A stretch of DNA of 64,000 nucleotides, from the NCBI GenBank assembly GCA_050014255.1, contig JBEKDR010000009.1:4750-68749 (forward strand). Direction: 5' to 3'. The notes under the pieces are model-generated. The model worked only from the letters and a program-made list of their open reading frames with translations. It did no database searches and was not told the DNA's origin. A program made the translations under genes and the position numbers. Below are positions 35,750-46,395 of this stretch, one piece after another; position 1 is the first letter of the stretch, and every line of letters starts with the position of its first letter. The stretch is from Bacteroidales bacterium (lineage in GTDB: Bacteria; Bacteroidota; Bacteroidia; Bacteroidales; VadinHA17).

Positions 35750-36715
35750 ATGAAAAAGGTAGCAGTAGGTATAGATTTGGGTGGAACAAATACAGTTTTT
35801 GGTTTTGTTGACAGGGACGGGAATATTCTTGGAGAAGACCGGTTAACAACCACACAATACGATGAAATTGAAGTATTTGTAGCGGCTTTGTATGAAAAGA
35901 TAATTATAACAGGACAAAAAATAGTGGATGGTATCGAAATTATTGGATTTGGAATCGGTGCCCCAATGGGGAACATAAATAAAGGAACAATAGAACATGC
36001 TGCAGGGCTTCCATGGAAAGGGATTGTACCGCTTGCAGAGATTTTTAGCAAGCACACAAAACTTAATGTAATCGTAACAAATGATGCAAATGCAGCAGCA
36101 GTAGGGGAGATGATATATGGAGGTGCCAAAGGGATGAAAAATTTTGTAGTAATTACTCTTGGTACCGGGCTGGGCAGCGGATTTGTCATTGATGGAAAAC
36201 TTGTATATGGGCATGATGGATTTGCTGGTGAAATCGGGCACACAACAATACGTCCGGGTCCAGTTAACCGCGAGTGCGGATGTGGTAGAAAAGGGTGTCT
36301 CGAAACCTATGTCTCGGCAACCGGACTCAAAAGGACACTTCTGAAGATAATGGCTGATAGTAATAAACCAAGTGAGTTGAGGAAGTTAAGTTTTGAAGAA
36401 CTTGATTCCGAAATCATTCATGATGCAGCAAAACGAGGCGATTATATTGCAAAACTCGCTTTCAGACATACTGGAATGATGCTCGGTTTTAAGCTTGCCG
36501 ATGTAGTGGCACATACCAATCCTGAGGCAATTTTTCTTTTTGGCGGACTTGCCCTTGCCAAGGATCTGATTTTTGAACCGACAAAAGAATTCATGGAAGA
36601 AAATCTTCTAAGTATTTATAAAGGAAAGGTCAAGCTTCTGCCGTCGGAGTTAAGCACTCAGAATGCAGCAGTTCTGGGAGCCAGTTCACTTGTATGGTCA
36701 GTTAAGGAACTCTGA
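35750..36715 (+). CDS. ROK-family sugar kinase (glucokinase-like)
   Basis: Start taken at MKKVAVGIDLGGTN. Zinc motif CGCGRKGCLE. No N-terminal HTH. Confidence 0.85.
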   Translation: MKKVAVGIDLGGTNTVFGFVDRDGNILGEDRLTTTQYDEIEVFVAALYEKIIITGQKIVDGIEIIGFGIGAPMGNINKGTIEHAAGLPWKGIVPLAEIFSKHTKLNVIVTNDANAAAVGEMIYGGAKGMKNFVVITLGTGLGSGFVIDGKLVYGHDGFAGEIGHTTIRPGPVNRECGCGRKGCLETYVSATGLKRTLLKIMADSNKPSELRKLSFEELDSEIIHDAAKRGDYIAKLAFRHTGMMLGFKLADVVAHTNPEAIFLFGGLALAKDLIFEPTKEFMEENLLSIYKGKVKLLPSELSTQNAAVLGASSLVWSVKEL

Positions 36716-36826
36716 TCTATAGATTAATAAATAAATTTTCAGTTCAATTTTAAATACTTAATAATAGTAATATAAGTAAACTTGATTTTAACGCATTTAC
36801 ATTTTAGAAAAATGCATTTGGGAACA

Positions 36827-38230
36827 TTATTCTTTCCATCCGCCCCCAAGACTCCTGTATAAAGCGACGACTGATTGTAATTGCTGAAGTTTATCATTAA
36901 TGCTATTAAGTTGGGCAGAAAGCAGACCAACTTCCGAAGTTAATACATCAAGATAGTTTGTTGTGGATGTGTATTTAAGCAATTCCATGGTATAACTTAC
37001 TGATTTTTCGAGGTACTCCACTTGACTTGTCCGTAATTTCATTTTCTCAGTTGCAGCCTGATATCCGTACAATGCGTCAGACACCTCCTCTCCGGATCTT
37101 AGTATCACCTGCTTGTATGCTGCTACGTTTTCTTCCTGGTCGGCAAGGGCTGTCTTCAACCTCTCCCTGTTGATCCCCTGGTTAAAAACAGGCTGAACCA
37201 GGTTCCCCAACAGGCTCCAGAAAACCGAAGAAGGATTGAACATTTTAGATATGTCACTGGCAACCAGGCCTGCTGCAGCCTGTACAGTAAGTGAGGGGTA
37301 AAAGTATTTTCGGGCAGCATTGGTCATTTCATATCCGTACCTTAGCTGATATTCTGCTTCCTGTACGTCGGGTCGATTGGCAACCAGTTGCGCGGGAGCA
37401 CCGATTTTGAGCTCTACGGAAATTCCCTGTTCCGAAAGGGTGCCCCTTGCAATCGGACCTGGGTTCCTTCCAATCAGAACACTCAATGCGTTTTCTGTTT
37501 CATAGATACTCTGTTTGATATCCGGAATAGTGACTTTGGCAGAATAGAGGTTAGCCTGGCTCTGCACCAGGTCAGCACCGGTAACCAGATCATTCTCTTT
37601 CATCAGCTTAATGGTCTCTACATCAGAATTTCTGAGTTCAACGGTTTTTTCCGTTATCTTAAGCTGGGCATCCAGTGCAAGCAGAGCATAGTAACTGTCA
37701 GCAACATCTGCTATCAGCTGTGTCTGGACCGCCCTTTTATATGCTTCACTCTTTAAAAATAGATCAAAACTCGCACGTTTGTTATTGCGAAGCTTACCCC
37801 ATAGATCGACTTCCCACGATGAGCTTCCCCAGAGCTCGTAACCCCCTGGTACTCCCAGTACTCCATTGTTTTGTGCGGTACCACTTGCATTGGCACTAAG
37901 AGTAGGGAAAAAAGCAGATTTGTTTTGCCTGAGTGCCGCTTCTGCCTTTTTCATTCGTGCAACGGCAATCTGTAAATCGAGGTTGTTATGGACGGCCTCA
38001 TCAATCAGGGAATCCAATATTTTGTCGGGGAACAAGGTTCTCCAAGGAATATTGGCAATATTTGAAGTGTCTTTTGACACCGAGTCTCTGAAAAGAGTTT
38101 CCTGCGATAAAATCTTAGGTTCCTTAAATGGCTGAGCCACTTTGCAGGAATTAACTGCCAGTATCAGGATCAGGGTGAACAGGATTGAAATCGTGGGTTT
38201 GAATTTGTCTTTTAAGTACATAACGCTCAA
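36827..38230 (-). CDS. efflux outer-membrane factor lipoprotein (NodT/TolC family)
   Basis: 467 aa with a lipobox LAVNSC and two TolC repeats. Ends ..LYRSLGGGW. Confidence 0.85.
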   Translation of the reverse strand: MSVMYLKDKFKPTISILFTLILILAVNSCKVAQPFKEPKILSQETLFRDSVSKDTSNIANIPWRTLFPDKILDSLIDEAVHNNLDLQIAVARMKKAEAALRQNKSAFFPTLSANASGTAQNNGVLGVPGGYELWGSSSWEVDLWGKLRNNKRASFDLFLKSEAYKRAVQTQLIADVADSYYALLALDAQLKITEKTVELRNSDVETIKLMKENDLVTGADLVQSQANLYSAKVTIPDIKQSIYETENALSVLIGRNPGPIARGTLSEQGISVELKIGAPAQLVANRPDVQEAEYQLRYGYEMTNAARKYFYPSLTVQAAAGLVASDISKMFNPSSVFWSLLGNLVQPVFNQGINRERLKTALADQEENVAAYKQVILRSGEEVSDALYGYQAATEKMKLRTSQVEYLEKSVSYTMELLKYTSTTNYLDVLTSEVGLLSAQLNSINDKLQQLQSVVALYRSLGGGWKE

Positions 38231-38232
38231 TT

Positions 38233-41200
38233 TTATACTGCCATTAAGTCTTTGTCGGTATTTTCTTCAGGATTATCCTTGCTCTTAAATTTTTCCTGAA
38301 GGGTCTGAAAAATGATAAACAGTACAGGAATTACCAGGACACCGAATAATGTGCCAAAGAGCATGCCTCCCACTGCAGATGTCCCTATTGATCTGTTGCC
38401 GTTTGCTCCTGCGCCTGAGGCCATCATCAGGGGCATTACGCCGAAAATAAATGCCAGGGATGTCATTATTATGGGCCTGAAGCGGGCTTTTGCACCTTCA
38501 GATGCTGCCTTAATAACTGACATCCCCTGCTCTCTTCGGGATGATGCAAATTCAACTATCAGTATTGCGTTTTTGGAAAGCAATCCTATCAGCATTATAA
38601 GGGAGATCTGAGTATAGATATTATTGTCAATTCCAAATATTCTGGCAAATACAAATGTTCCTGCAAGACCAACCGGCAGGGATAGCAATACTGCGAATGG
38701 GAGCAGGTAGCTCTCGTACAATGCGCTGAGCAGAAAATAAACGAAAAGAAGGCTCAGGATAAATACATATATCGCCTGGGAACCACTGTTCTGTTCCTCA
38801 CGGGTCACACCTGAAAACTCGAAACCATACCCCGGCGGCAGAGTCTTCTCAGCAACATCTTTTATTGCCATGATCGCTTCACCGGAACCGTATCCTTTAT
38901 TTGGAGATCCTATTACTGAGATGGAAGTAAACATATTGAACCTTGATATCCTTTCTGGTCCGTAGGTCTTTGTAAGTGTTATGAATTCCGTTATGGGAGC
39001 CATTTCATTATTCGCAGTACGTACAAACACTTTATTCAATCCTTCCTCATTGGCCCGGGAACCTGGTTCTGCCTGGACCATTATCCTGTATTGTTTGCCA
39101 AACTGGTTGAAGTTGGAAACATAAATTCCACCAAAATTAGCCTGCATGGTGTTCATTATTGTGCTTACATTCAATCCAGCCTGTTTAACCTTCGGAACAT
39201 TTACGGTAAGCAGGTATTGAGGGAAATTCGGGTTAAAAGATGTTGTGGCGATCTGAATTTCCGGACGTTTATTAAGTTCAGCCAGGAACTTCTGACCGAC
39301 CTTATAAAACTCCTGAATGGTATGCCCCCCCTTATCCTGTAGTTCAAAGGAGAATCCGCCGCTAATGCCAAATCCCATTATTGTAGGCAATGAGAAAGGC
39401 ATGATCATGGCATCCCTGATCATGGATGTTTTCTTCATGAATGTTTGGATGATGTCCTTATTACTTATCCCCTTCCGTTCCGCCCAGTTTTTGAGTTCAA
39501 GGATTACCATTGAATATGAGCTTCCGCTACCGGCTATCATGTTCTGACCCACCATCCGCATTACATTATTTACTCCGGGAATTGTTCTAGCAATACTGTC
39601 AATTCTGTTTGTCACTACCATGGTTCGTTCCATCGACGAAGCGGGAGGTAGGCTGATACTGACAAAAACTGTTCCCATATCCTCCTCAGGGACAAAGCTC
39701 GAAGAGGTAGTTTTCATCAAAATAAACAGTCCGATTCCGAAAAGGGCAACGGCACTGATTACAATCCATTTTTTTCCGGAAAGGAAAGAGACGGTGCTTG
39801 TATATTTTTCCCTGGCAGAATTAAATCCCGCATTGAAGAGCTCGTAAAATTGATGCGACTTTTCAGGTTTATTGATTTTTTTGTTATGAGGTTTCAGAAA
39901 TAATGCAGCCAGAGCGGGGCTGAGTGTAAGAGCATTGACAGCGGAAATAAGAATTGCAATTGCAATTGTAATTCCGAATTGTTTATAAAATACCCCTGAA
40001 GACCCTCCCAGAAATGTAACCGGGATAAATACTGAAGCCATAACAAGTGTTATAGAGATAATTGCAACAGATATTTCATTCATTGCATCTATCGACGCTT
40101 TCCTGGCAGAAGTATAACCCTGGTCAAGCTTGGCATGTACAACTTCCACCACCACTATTGCATCATCAACAACTATTCCTATTGCAAGCAGCATGGCAAA
40201 AAGCGTAAGGAGGTTAATGCTGAAATTGAACAGGTAAAGGAAGAAAAAGGTCCCGATTATAGCAACCGGTACTGAAATAGCCGGGATAAGGGTGGCACGG
40301 AAATTCTGCAGGAAAAGAAAAACAACAATGAATACCAGAACGAATGCTTCAAGAAGGGTTCTGATGATCTTTTCTATGGAGGCATCAAGAAACTTGTTGG
40401 CATTGACCAGGTTGGTATAATGAACACCTTTGGGGAACTCTTTCGACGCCTCATCCAACACCTTCAATGATTCCTTTATGACATCCCTCGCATTTGATCC
40501 TGCGGTCTGGTTTATAGCAATGTTGGTTGTAGGCTTTCCGTTTGCGAACATGTCGCTGTTGTACGACTGTGCTCCAAGCTCAACTTTTGCAACATCTTTA
40601 AGCCTCAGAATATGGCTGTCCTTTTCCGTTCTGACGATTATATCTTCGAACTCCTTTACTGTTTTAAGCTTCCCGGTATATCTGATCACGTACTCAAAAC
40701 TCTGTTTGCCCTGTTCCCCGAATTTTCCCGGAGCCGCTTCAATATTCTGATCGAGCAGGGCATCTGTAATATCGCTAGTTGCTATGTTATAAACTGCCAT
40801 GATATCTGGTTTAAGCCAGATACGCATGGAATACATCATTGAACCAAAAGCATTTGCTCCGCCAACTCCGTTGATCCTTTTAATCTTGGGGATTATATTG
40901 ATTTCAGCATAATTCTGGAGGAAGATCTGATCATAAGCCGGGTCATCACTGTAGATGGCAGAGATCAGCAACATACTGCTTTGTTGTTTTCTTACTATAA
41001 CCCCGGCTCTTGTGACTTCAGCCGGGAGTATGCCTGTAGCTGCTGAGACCCTGTCCTGAACATGTACCGCAGCCATATCAGGATTTGTACCAACCGCGAA
41101 ATACACATTTATGGAACCGTTGCCATCATTGGTTGCATTTGATGTCATGTACGTCATCCCCTCAACGCCGTTGATCTGTTCCTCGAGCGGGATTATCACA

Positions 41201-41379
41201 CTGTTAAGGACCACATCAGCATTGGCACCTGCGTAATTGGCTCCGACCATAACGGTAGGGGGAGCAATGTTGGGATATTGCTCAATAGGAAGTTCAACCA
41301 GACCAAGGACCCCCAGCATTACTATTATAATTGAAATAACAGTACTCAGAACGGGGCGCTCAATAAATCTTGTAAACAT
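38233..41379 (-). CDS. multidrug-type RND efflux permease (AcrB-like)
   Basis: Start taken at the internal ATG (MFTRFIERPVLSTV..). About 1048 aa with 12 TM segments. Confidence 0.9.
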   Translation of the reverse strand: MFTRFIERPVLSTVISIIIVMLGVLGLVELPIEQYPNIAPPTVMVGANYAGANADVVLNSVIIPLEEQINGVEGMTYMTSNATNDGNGSINVYFAVGTNPDMAAVHVQDRVSAATGILPAEVTRAGVIVRKQQSSMLLISAIYSDDPAYDQIFLQNYAEINIIPKIKRINGVGGANAFGSMMYSMRIWLKPDIMAVYNIATSDITDALLDQNIEAAPGKFGEQGKQSFEYVIRYTGKLKTVKEFEDIIVRTEKDSHILRLKDVAKVELGAQSYNSDMFANGKPTTNIAINQTAGSNARDVIKESLKVLDEASKEFPKGVHYTNLVNANKFLDASIEKIIRTLLEAFVLVFIVVFLFLQNFRATLIPAISVPVAIIGTFFFLYLFNFSINLLTLFAMLLAIGIVVDDAIVVVEVVHAKLDQGYTSARKASIDAMNEISVAIISITLVMASVFIPVTFLGGSSGVFYKQFGITIAIAILISAVNALTLSPALAALFLKPHNKKINKPEKSHQFYELFNAGFNSAREKYTSTVSFLSGKKWIVISAVALFGIGLFILMKTTSSSFVPEEDMGTVFVSISLPPASSMERTMVVTNRIDSIARTIPGVNNVMRMVGQNMIAGSGSSYSMVILELKNWAERKGISNKDIIQTFMKKTSMIRDAMIMPFSLPTIMGFGISGGFSFELQDKGGHTIQEFYKVGQKFLAELNKRPEIQIATTSFNPNFPQYLLTVNVPKVKQAGLNVSTIMNTMQANFGGIYVSNFNQFGKQYRIMVQAEPGSRANEEGLNKVFVRTANNEMAPITEFITLTKTYGPERISRFNMFTSISVIGSPNKGYGSGEAIMAIKDVAEKTLPPGYGFEFSGVTREEQNSGSQAIYVFILSLLFVYFLLSALYESYLLPFAVLLSLPVGLAGTFVFARIFGIDNNIYTQISLIMLIGLLSKNAILIVEFASSRREQGMSVIKAASEGAKARFRPIIMTSLAFIFGVMPLMMASGAGANGNRSIGTSAVGGMLFGTLFGVLVIPVLFIIFQTLQEKFKSKDNPEENTDKDLMAV

Positions 41380-41401
41380 AAGTTGAAGCTCTTTAAATTC
41401 G

Positions 41402-42550
41402 CTAAATGATATTCTTATAGAAACTTTCAGGATCCGTCTCCTTTGGTACAATGGTGTCGCCATCTTTCAGCGAACTGATCCCGTCTATAACCACGCGGTC
41501 TCCAGGTTTCAAGCCCTCGATAATCAGGAAATAATGTCCGTCGTCACTCGGCGTCGAGGTAATGGAAACAGCTTTAACTTTATTATCATTGCCCACAGTG
41601 AATATGAAGCGCTTATCCTGTAATTCATATGTTGCACTCTGGGGTACGATTAATGATTTGTTTTTAACACTGGGTATCCTGACCGTTGCGCTTGAACCGC
41701 TTCTTAAAATGCCGGAAGGATTCTTAAATACAGCTTTAAAAGTCGCAGAACCGGTTCCGGTCGAAATAAGTCCGCTGGCCATTTCGACCCTCCCTTTTTC
41801 CTTATATTCTGTTGAGTTGGCAAGAATTAGAGTTGCCGGTGGTATGTTTTTAAGTTTTTCTTCAACAGTGGCTCCAGTTGAATCAAAAAGCATATCTAGA
41901 ACCTGTTTTTCATTCCATGAAAAATATGCAAATACTTCACTGATGTCAGACAGAGTGGTCAGTGCTTCTGGATTGTTGTTGCCCACAAGGGCACCGTTTT
42001 TATAAGGAATTGTGCCAATTATTCCATCCTGCGGGCTTTTGATATATGTGTAATTCAGATTTGTTTCAGCATTTTTAAGAGCAGCACGGTCTTCTTCAAG
42101 CGCCGCTTCTTTTGCCTGAAGTGTAAGTTCAGCAGATTGTAACCGGTATTTGCTTACTATCTCTTTTTCGACCAGCGGCCTGATTTTTTCTATTTCAATT
42201 CTAGCAGAGTTCACATCTGCCACGGCGCTGTTGATGCGGGCTTTTGCAGTTATTACATCTTCTGCATACTGTGGATTATTGATCTTAAAAAGCAATTGTC
42301 CTTTTTTCACATGATCCCCTTCATTTACGAGGATCTCCTGCAAATACCCGCTGATCATAGGTCTGATTTCGATCACACGCTGTCCCTCAATGGTGGCAGG
42401 AAAATCATTATGAACAGTAACAGACTTGGGAACAAGAGCTATAACTGCATAATCTTTTACCATGTTTCCTCGCTGGAAACCTGCATTATTTTGTTTACAC
42501 GAGAACAAAACCATCGTCATGAAACAGATCATTATTAAAGCACTTCTCAT
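41402..42550 (-). CDS. efflux RND periplasmic adaptor subunit (AcrA-like)
   Basis: 382 aa with a lipoprotein signal (LFSCK) and a coiled hairpin segment. Confidence 0.85.
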   Translation of the reverse strand: MRSALIMICFMTMVLFSCKQNNAGFQRGNMVKDYAVIALVPKSVTVHNDFPATIEGQRVIEIRPMISGYLQEILVNEGDHVKKGQLLFKINNPQYAEDVITAKARINSAVADVNSARIEIEKIRPLVEKEIVSKYRLQSAELTLQAKEAALEEDRAALKNAETNLNYTYIKSPQDGIIGTIPYKNGALVGNNNPEALTTLSDISEVFAYFSWNEKQVLDMLFDSTGATVEEKLKNIPPATLILANSTEYKEKGRVEMASGLISTGTGSATFKAVFKNPSGILRSGSSATVRIPSVKNKSLIVPQSATYELQDKRFIFTVGNDNKVKAVSITSTPSDDGHYFLIIEGLKPGDRVVIDGISSLKDGDTIVPKETDPESFYKNII

Positions 42551-42591
42551 ATAATATTGATTTTGAAATTTATTATTTTGTCATTTTTGAA

Positions 42592-43212
42592 TTACTGCTT
42601 TGTCTCATTTGCTGAGAAGAGTAATTCCAGGATAATTCTCTTTCGTTCATATAGTATTTTTTGGTATTCTGTTTCACTGAGATTTAATATGCTCATCTGT
42701 AGTGGTTTCATTATTATCGGGTATATCATAAGGGAAAAAATATTCATCATGAAATGAACAGGATTATTTTTGGGGATATTACCTGCTTCCATTTCCTCTG
42801 ATATCTCTTCAAGATATTGCTTAATCGGGGCAGGTTGTTTTTCATAGAATCCTGCAGAACTGTTTTTCTTTAATCGCCGCTGGATAAGATCAATTGTTAC
42901 AAATGATTCCATGTAAGGATATTTGAGCAGATTGTTCATAAAGTCATCAATAAATCTCTCTGTTTTTTCTTTTAATGGCAGATCGGATGATAATATCAGA
43001 TCGGAATTTCTTATGAATTCTTTCCTGGTCGTTTTGATAGCGGTTGCCAGCAAAGTTTTTTTTGAGCGGAAATAATAGTTTATCAGTGTTCTGTTAACTC
43101 CAGCAGCATCAGCAATATCCTGTGTTGTAGCATAGATTCTTCCTTCAGTAAAGAAGACTTTCATGGCAGTTTCTATGATCAATTTCTTGGTCTGACAATC
43201 TTTAACAGGCAT
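42592..43212 (-). CDS. TetR/AcrR-family transcriptional regulator
   Basis: N-terminal HTH TTQDIADAAGVNRTLINYYFRSK. First gene of the efflux operon. Confidence 0.85.
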   Translation of the reverse strand: MPVKDCQTKKLIIETAMKVFFTEGRIYATTQDIADAAGVNRTLINYYFRSKKTLLATAIKTTRKEFIRNSDLILSSDLPLKEKTERFIDDFMNNLLKYPYMESFVTIDLIQRRLKKNSSAGFYEKQPAPIKQYLEEISEEMEAGNIPKNNPVHFMMNIFSLMIYPIIMKPLQMSILNLSETEYQKILYERKRIILELLFSANETKQ

Positions 43213-43227
43213 GTTTTACAATTATGT

Positions 43228-43243
43228 TTGACAAAAATGTCAA
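43228..43243. promoter_or_regulatory. candidate TetR operator
   Basis: TTGACA-AAAA-TGTCAA perfect inverted repeat, 16-31 nt upstream of the TetR start codon. Confidence 0.4.
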
Positions 43244-43303
43244 CAAAAATATGAATTTTAATTTTATTTACAATTATAATGATTATAAATTTAGGATAGA
43301 GTT

Positions 43304-43401
43304 GAAAAGCCGGCCCCCTGCCCATAGTTGGCCTTAATAATTTGACCACCAAAAGCTGGAGTTAAATTCTTGTTGTTAAGTTATTTCTAATCTGACGGGC
43401 C
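43304..43401 (-). repeat. R element copy R1 (inverted relative to R2-R4)
   Basis: The reverse complement reads GGCCCGTCAGATTAGAAATAACTTAACA..TTTAACTCCAGCTTTTGGTGGTCAAATTATTAAGGCCAACTATGGGCAGGGGGCCGGCTTTTC. Confidence 0.75.
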
Positions 43402-43690
43402 AAGTGCGGCGAATAAGTCTAGCTTTTGTTCTCATTTAGCGTTTCCCCCGCTATAAATAAATGAGAAAAAAAATTGTATATTGACCAGTTAATGCAATTT
43501 ATTTACATAATAAATAAATTTTTCTTCTGCTCCGAATATCAGTGCCTTAATAAAATACCTTTTTCAATTTAGAGCAAATCTAAATGTTTTGAATAATCTG
43601 TACTTTTTAATCGATCCCTACCGCCATTTTTAAATTTACAATTATTTTATACCTTTACAATAAAGTGTTCTTTAATGTTTCTTTTATTCA

Positions 43691-43775
43691 GGTGAACCAA
43701 TCGGTGACCTCAATTTTTAAGAGTTCATAAATGACTAATTAATTGAGCATTGCAAACTTGGTTCGGGAGGAGGCA
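43691..43775 (+). repeat. S element copy D
   Basis: GGTGAACCAATCGG ... ACTAATTAATT ... GCATTGCAAACTTGGTTCGGGAGGAGGCA. 85 nt, ending 17 nt from the CotH-gene stop. Confidence 0.8.
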
Positions 43776-43792
43776 AAATCGGAAACAAAGTG

Positions 43793-45844
43793 CTATTCTT
43801 TTATAATTCTTCGAACAAAATTTCCTTCAGAGGTAAATACTTCAACGATATAAATCCCCGTGAGATATGAATTCATTTCAAGGTTATATTTTCCGCTATT
43901 AATATTGATTGTCTGTAATAAACATCCCTGAAAATCAAATAACTGTAATCTGTTTATTTTACCTGATGACTCTATTGTAAGATTGTCTTTTACAGGTGTG
44001 GGATAAAATTTTAAACTTTGATTGTTTTCAACATTTTCAACCGACGTTATTATATCTTCAGTTGCAGTCCAGTTAGTTGCAACACTATTGTCTGATAATG
44101 GGTCAATCAACGCTAGATAATATCCGTTACCATCAGCATTCGGCCAAGGTGCCTGGTTTGAATACAGGACACTGTCTATTACATTTCCAAATCCGTCGAC
44201 CAGCACAAGGGGTTCTCCTGTATTTGATAAACTCCTTGTAAACTGCCCTGAGGGTGAGACACCATATTTTGCCATGAAAACAGCTGAATTGCTTGCAAGT
44301 ATTTTAGTTGAATTTGGAAAAATCTCAGAATATGCAGGGAATTGGTAAACAAATCCTGTTCCTCTGAAATAAACTCCTGTTAAGTTTACAGTTTTATTTC
44401 CAGTGTTAGTTATTTCAATGAATTCCAAGTCATTACTGTTTGGAAAATCAATAGTTGCTTTCGGATTATAATTAATCTTGGTTATGACAAGCGGTGGCAC
44501 TGTCAGGTCGGGACAGCCAGATGTGGCCGACTGGATATATTTGGTAATCCATGGTATACGTGTTTGTATGAATGATTTGATTTTTGCAATATCAGTACTA
44601 TAATCATCCGTCGGATCAGTATTATACTGTACATCAACTGTACTCCAAATGGTTCTGTCCCGTTCTGCCGCTTCGCTTATCCAGGCTACTGTCTGGTCTA
44701 TAAAATTTGAAATTGATGAATAATTAAGCGGAGCTCCTGGTTGAGTAAGTTCCATCCATCTTTTATAAAGGCAGCATCTAAATTCCTTGCTGTTAAAAAG
44801 ATCGTTCCAAAATTCGGATCCCTCGTTATCACCGTCACTAAATTGCCAGACATCGGTATGGCTCCTATTAAATCCCCAAAAGAAAAGATCATTTCCAAAT
44901 GTAAGATCATTATCCCATATAGGTCCTGCTCTCAATTTCCCGTTCCTGTCCTTATGAAAATACGTGCTGTACTGGTAAGAATCAGCATTGGAAGATAATT
45001 CACTAATTATAATATAATCCACGAAAGATGGTATATCTATCACCGAAGGATACCCTGTTTCCAGTGTGGCATCGTCAATATGTGCTGTACGTGCCAGCTG
45101 CTGAAATACAGTATCGATATAGCTGTCCTGTTGTGTGGTTGCAATTCCTGGTTTAGGATATTCATTGTAATAAGTTACCGGCTCGGTGGCCACATAGCTA
45201 GGCATCGTCCATATAACAGGATCAGAGCTGTGGTCGGCTTTTACTATATAGCCTCCAGAAATATTGGGGAGATCATTATCAGTGGTAGCCATCTTCATGA
45301 TATTAACTCTATCCTTCCCCTGTTTAATTTTTTCCTGCAGAACGAAGAGTCCTTTGAATACATTATTGACTATCAGTTCGCAATAGATCGTCCTTGAAGC
45401 ATATTCGCCTATCTGTCTTGATAAATTATAGCATAGGTAATCCCGAATCATGGCAGGATCGAACCCCATTGCATTACATATCCAGTCATTATCGCTTGGT
45501 AGACCGAGAAGGGACACATTATTGTCAGTGACATTGTCGGTTTTTTTTGTGCTTACCCTATATTGCTTTTTTTGCAGGATATCCGTACTTGATCCTCTAG
45601 TTTTTATAGTTATCCTTCCATTGTAGTTTAAATATTGAAGGGAGTCCTGACTCGTTACGTAATTTCTTTGTCCCGGACCCCTGTAAATAACTTTCATATT
45701 TCCCAGAACATCAGTGTCCCCTATATCAACTCCACTATCAGTGTTGATTATTACTATCGGCAGGTTACTGTCAGTAAACGTCTGGGCAAATAAGCCTAAA
45801 TGACAGAAATAAATAATAAAAATAAATAAAAATAGTTTCTTCAT
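43793..45844 (-). CDS. CotH-family protein with lamin-tail-like domain and T9SS C-terminal sorting domain
   Basis: Start taken at MKKLFLFIF. CotH-like core (..KTRGSST..KKQYRV..). LTD-like segment (ITKINYNP..LEFIEITNTG). C-terminal beta-sandwich ending ..GIYIVEVFTSEGNFVRRIIKE. Confidence 0.75.
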   Translation of the reverse strand: MKKLFLFIFIIYFCHLGLFAQTFTDSNLPIVIINTDSGVDIGDTDVLGNMKVIYRGPGQRNYVTSQDSLQYLNYNGRITIKTRGSSTDILQKKQYRVSTKKTDNVTDNNVSLLGLPSDNDWICNAMGFDPAMIRDYLCYNLSRQIGEYASRTIYCELIVNNVFKGLFVLQEKIKQGKDRVNIMKMATTDNDLPNISGGYIVKADHSSDPVIWTMPSYVATEPVTYYNEYPKPGIATTQQDSYIDTVFQQLARTAHIDDATLETGYPSVIDIPSFVDYIIISELSSNADSYQYSTYFHKDRNGKLRAGPIWDNDLTFGNDLFFWGFNRSHTDVWQFSDGDNEGSEFWNDLFNSKEFRCCLYKRWMELTQPGAPLNYSSISNFIDQTVAWISEAAERDRTIWSTVDVQYNTDPTDDYSTDIAKIKSFIQTRIPWITKYIQSATSGCPDLTVPPLVITKINYNPKATIDFPNSNDLEFIEITNTGNKTVNLTGVYFRGTGFVYQFPAYSEIFPNSTKILASNSAVFMAKYGVSPSGQFTRSLSNTGEPLVLVDGFGNVIDSVLYSNQAPWPNADGNGYYLALIDPLSDNSVATNWTATEDIITSVENVENNQSLKFYPTPVKDNLTIESSGKINRLQLFDFQGCLLQTININSGKYNLEMNSYLTGIYIVEVFTSEGNFVRRIIKE

Positions 45845-45924
45845 TAAGCAGGGTTTAGAGTCACAAATATAACGAAATTCGAGTCTTTTCATATAAATAT
45901 AAACCCGGCATATTGACCTCTTTT

Positions 45925-46033
45925 AGCCGGTCAGATTTAACTTAACATACTTAATTAAACAACAAATATTTAACCCTATCCGTTGGTGGCTAATTTGTTT
46001 CGGCCAACTATGGTCAAGGTCACTGGCTTTTAC
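45925..46033 (+). repeat. R element copy R2
   Basis: AGCCGGTCAGATTTAACTTAACATACTTAATTAAACAACAAATATTTAACCCTATCCGTTGGTGGCTAATTTGTTTCGGCCAACTATGGTCAAGGTCACTGGCTTTTAC. Confidence 0.75.
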
Positions 46034-46395
46034 AAAAAAGCATGGATAGGTTTTATTAGTATCGAAAATACTATAAACGAGTTATTTGTAAGGGATTATG
46101 TGTTATGCCGTGACTACCTTCTCATAGGCAATAGCTTGCCAGCCAATCTCCATCAAGTTGCTAGCTTCTAATATGAGCTAAATGAAAAGTAACCATACAG
46201 AATCTTTTTATGATGGTGGATTATCGAGTATGGCCCTAAGCTTTAAAGCATTCAAGTCGTCTCAGAAAAACTTTGAGGAATATGATTACGACAAAGAAAA
46301 GTAACCTTATAGGTATAAATACCTAATTTTTAGACTCTTTGCCTAGAAGATGAATTGCATTTTTTATATTTGGATATCATAATAAGACTAAAACT

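Noticed and set aside
35722-36243. Long antisense ORFs inside clear genes (also for example 25971..26435, 41562..42005, 21936..22304, 18074..18418 and 14823..15203).
   Set aside because: They overlap well-supported genes on the opposite strand, have low-complexity or odd composition, and show no motifs.
43757-43775. The S-element 3' box CAGGTTCGGGAGGAGGCAG closely resembles the apical domain-IV segment of bacterial SRP (4.5S) RNA (CAGGUCCGGAAGGAAGCAGC).
   Set aside because: It occurs in at least four copies, the conserved part lies 5' of it rather than symmetrically around it, and no 3' strand follows that could complete an SRP helix 8. I treat it as a resemblance only. A cmsearch with the SRP model would settle it.
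43294-46049. GGATAG near both outer ends of the R1/R2 pair as a target-site duplication.
   Set aside because: The distances to the repeat ends are unequal (about 2 nt versus 8 nt), and a 6-mer match is expected by chance.
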